A stretch of DNA of 64,000 nt from NCBI RefSeq assembly GCF_006345805.1, contig NC_043017.1:26598001-26662000 (forward strand), given 5' to 3'. The notes beneath the pieces were generated by a model, which had not been told where the DNA came from, made no database searches, and was given only the letters and a program-made list of their open reading frames with translations. Source of the stretch: Octopus sinensis (taxonomy: Eukaryota). The stretch's first letter is position 1; each line of letters starts with the position of its first letter. The translations under genes were made by a program, and so were the position numbers. This document shows, piece by piece, positions 63,421 through 64,000 of the stretch.

Positions 63421-64000
63421 GGCTGTCCGCAACTGGGGGTCAAATGAGTCAGTGACTGTTTCAACGCATCTCCCTCGCATTTTCCATTTTGTCAGCTGGG
63501 TCCTGCGACGTAACTTATAAGAACGCTTAACAACATCCCACTAAAGTCATATAGAAAAGCAAGCAAGAAGAAAATATTTTTTCGATGTAAATACTTTAAA
63601 ACATTCCACATCATTTCTTTATATTTGTGCTTTAGAGTCGTATTTCACAATGAATACATTATCGGGTGGTTGATAGGTAGATGCATTAGAGCTTCGAACG
63701 AAATACTTGCGATTACCACTACACTTAAATTTGCCTATTATTTTAGAGGTTAAGTTAATCACTAATCAAAAAATAGCACAGGGATCGTGGATTAATTTCC
63801 TTTCTGAAAAGTTCTGGTTTTATAATTGAATTTGAAACAAAAATTAATTTCTAACCTGAGAATTTGACGCGGTCATTTAACGGAACACAGATCGGTGTAA
63901 ATGCCACAGATCGGTTGGAAAGTTACGTTCGTTGACGTCTTGACTTCTAATTCCACACGGCCCCAAGTTACATCCTAACATTTTACATGAAATATTGCTG

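Noticed and set aside
63247-63480. 77-aa minus-strand ORF as a host exon
   Set aside because: Better explained as the antisense of the CRE-like relic

Overview
AT-rich eukaryotic non-coding DNA, saturated with (TA)n, (CA)n, (TAA)n, (TAGA)n and (CAT)n microsatellites. The repeat landscape and SINE families look like an octopus (cephalopod) genome; this is recognition, not proof. I found no convincing host gene or exon, and nearly all listed ORFs are microsatellite or SINE artefacts. The window contains three abundant tRNA-derived SINE families (my labels A, B, C), decayed Tc1/mariner/maT transposons, two short Helitrons, (TAA)n-targeted R4/Dong LINE pieces, RTE and CRE-like LINE ends, and Penelope-like element (PLE) remnants. 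Three signals stand out. (1) About 11 recognisable and 4 degenerate minimal type I hammerhead ribozyme motifs, carried by several small mostly (TA)n-associated repeat families. (2) One family joins a tRNA-like Pol III head to a hammerhead, and one copy has a target-site duplication (TSD). (3) SINE family B repeatedly forms head-less tandem multimers through one palindromic junction, including an exactly circularly permuted dimer, which suggests a circular template. All alignments, translations and folds were done by eye, so boundaries are approximate unless TSD or TIR positions are given.
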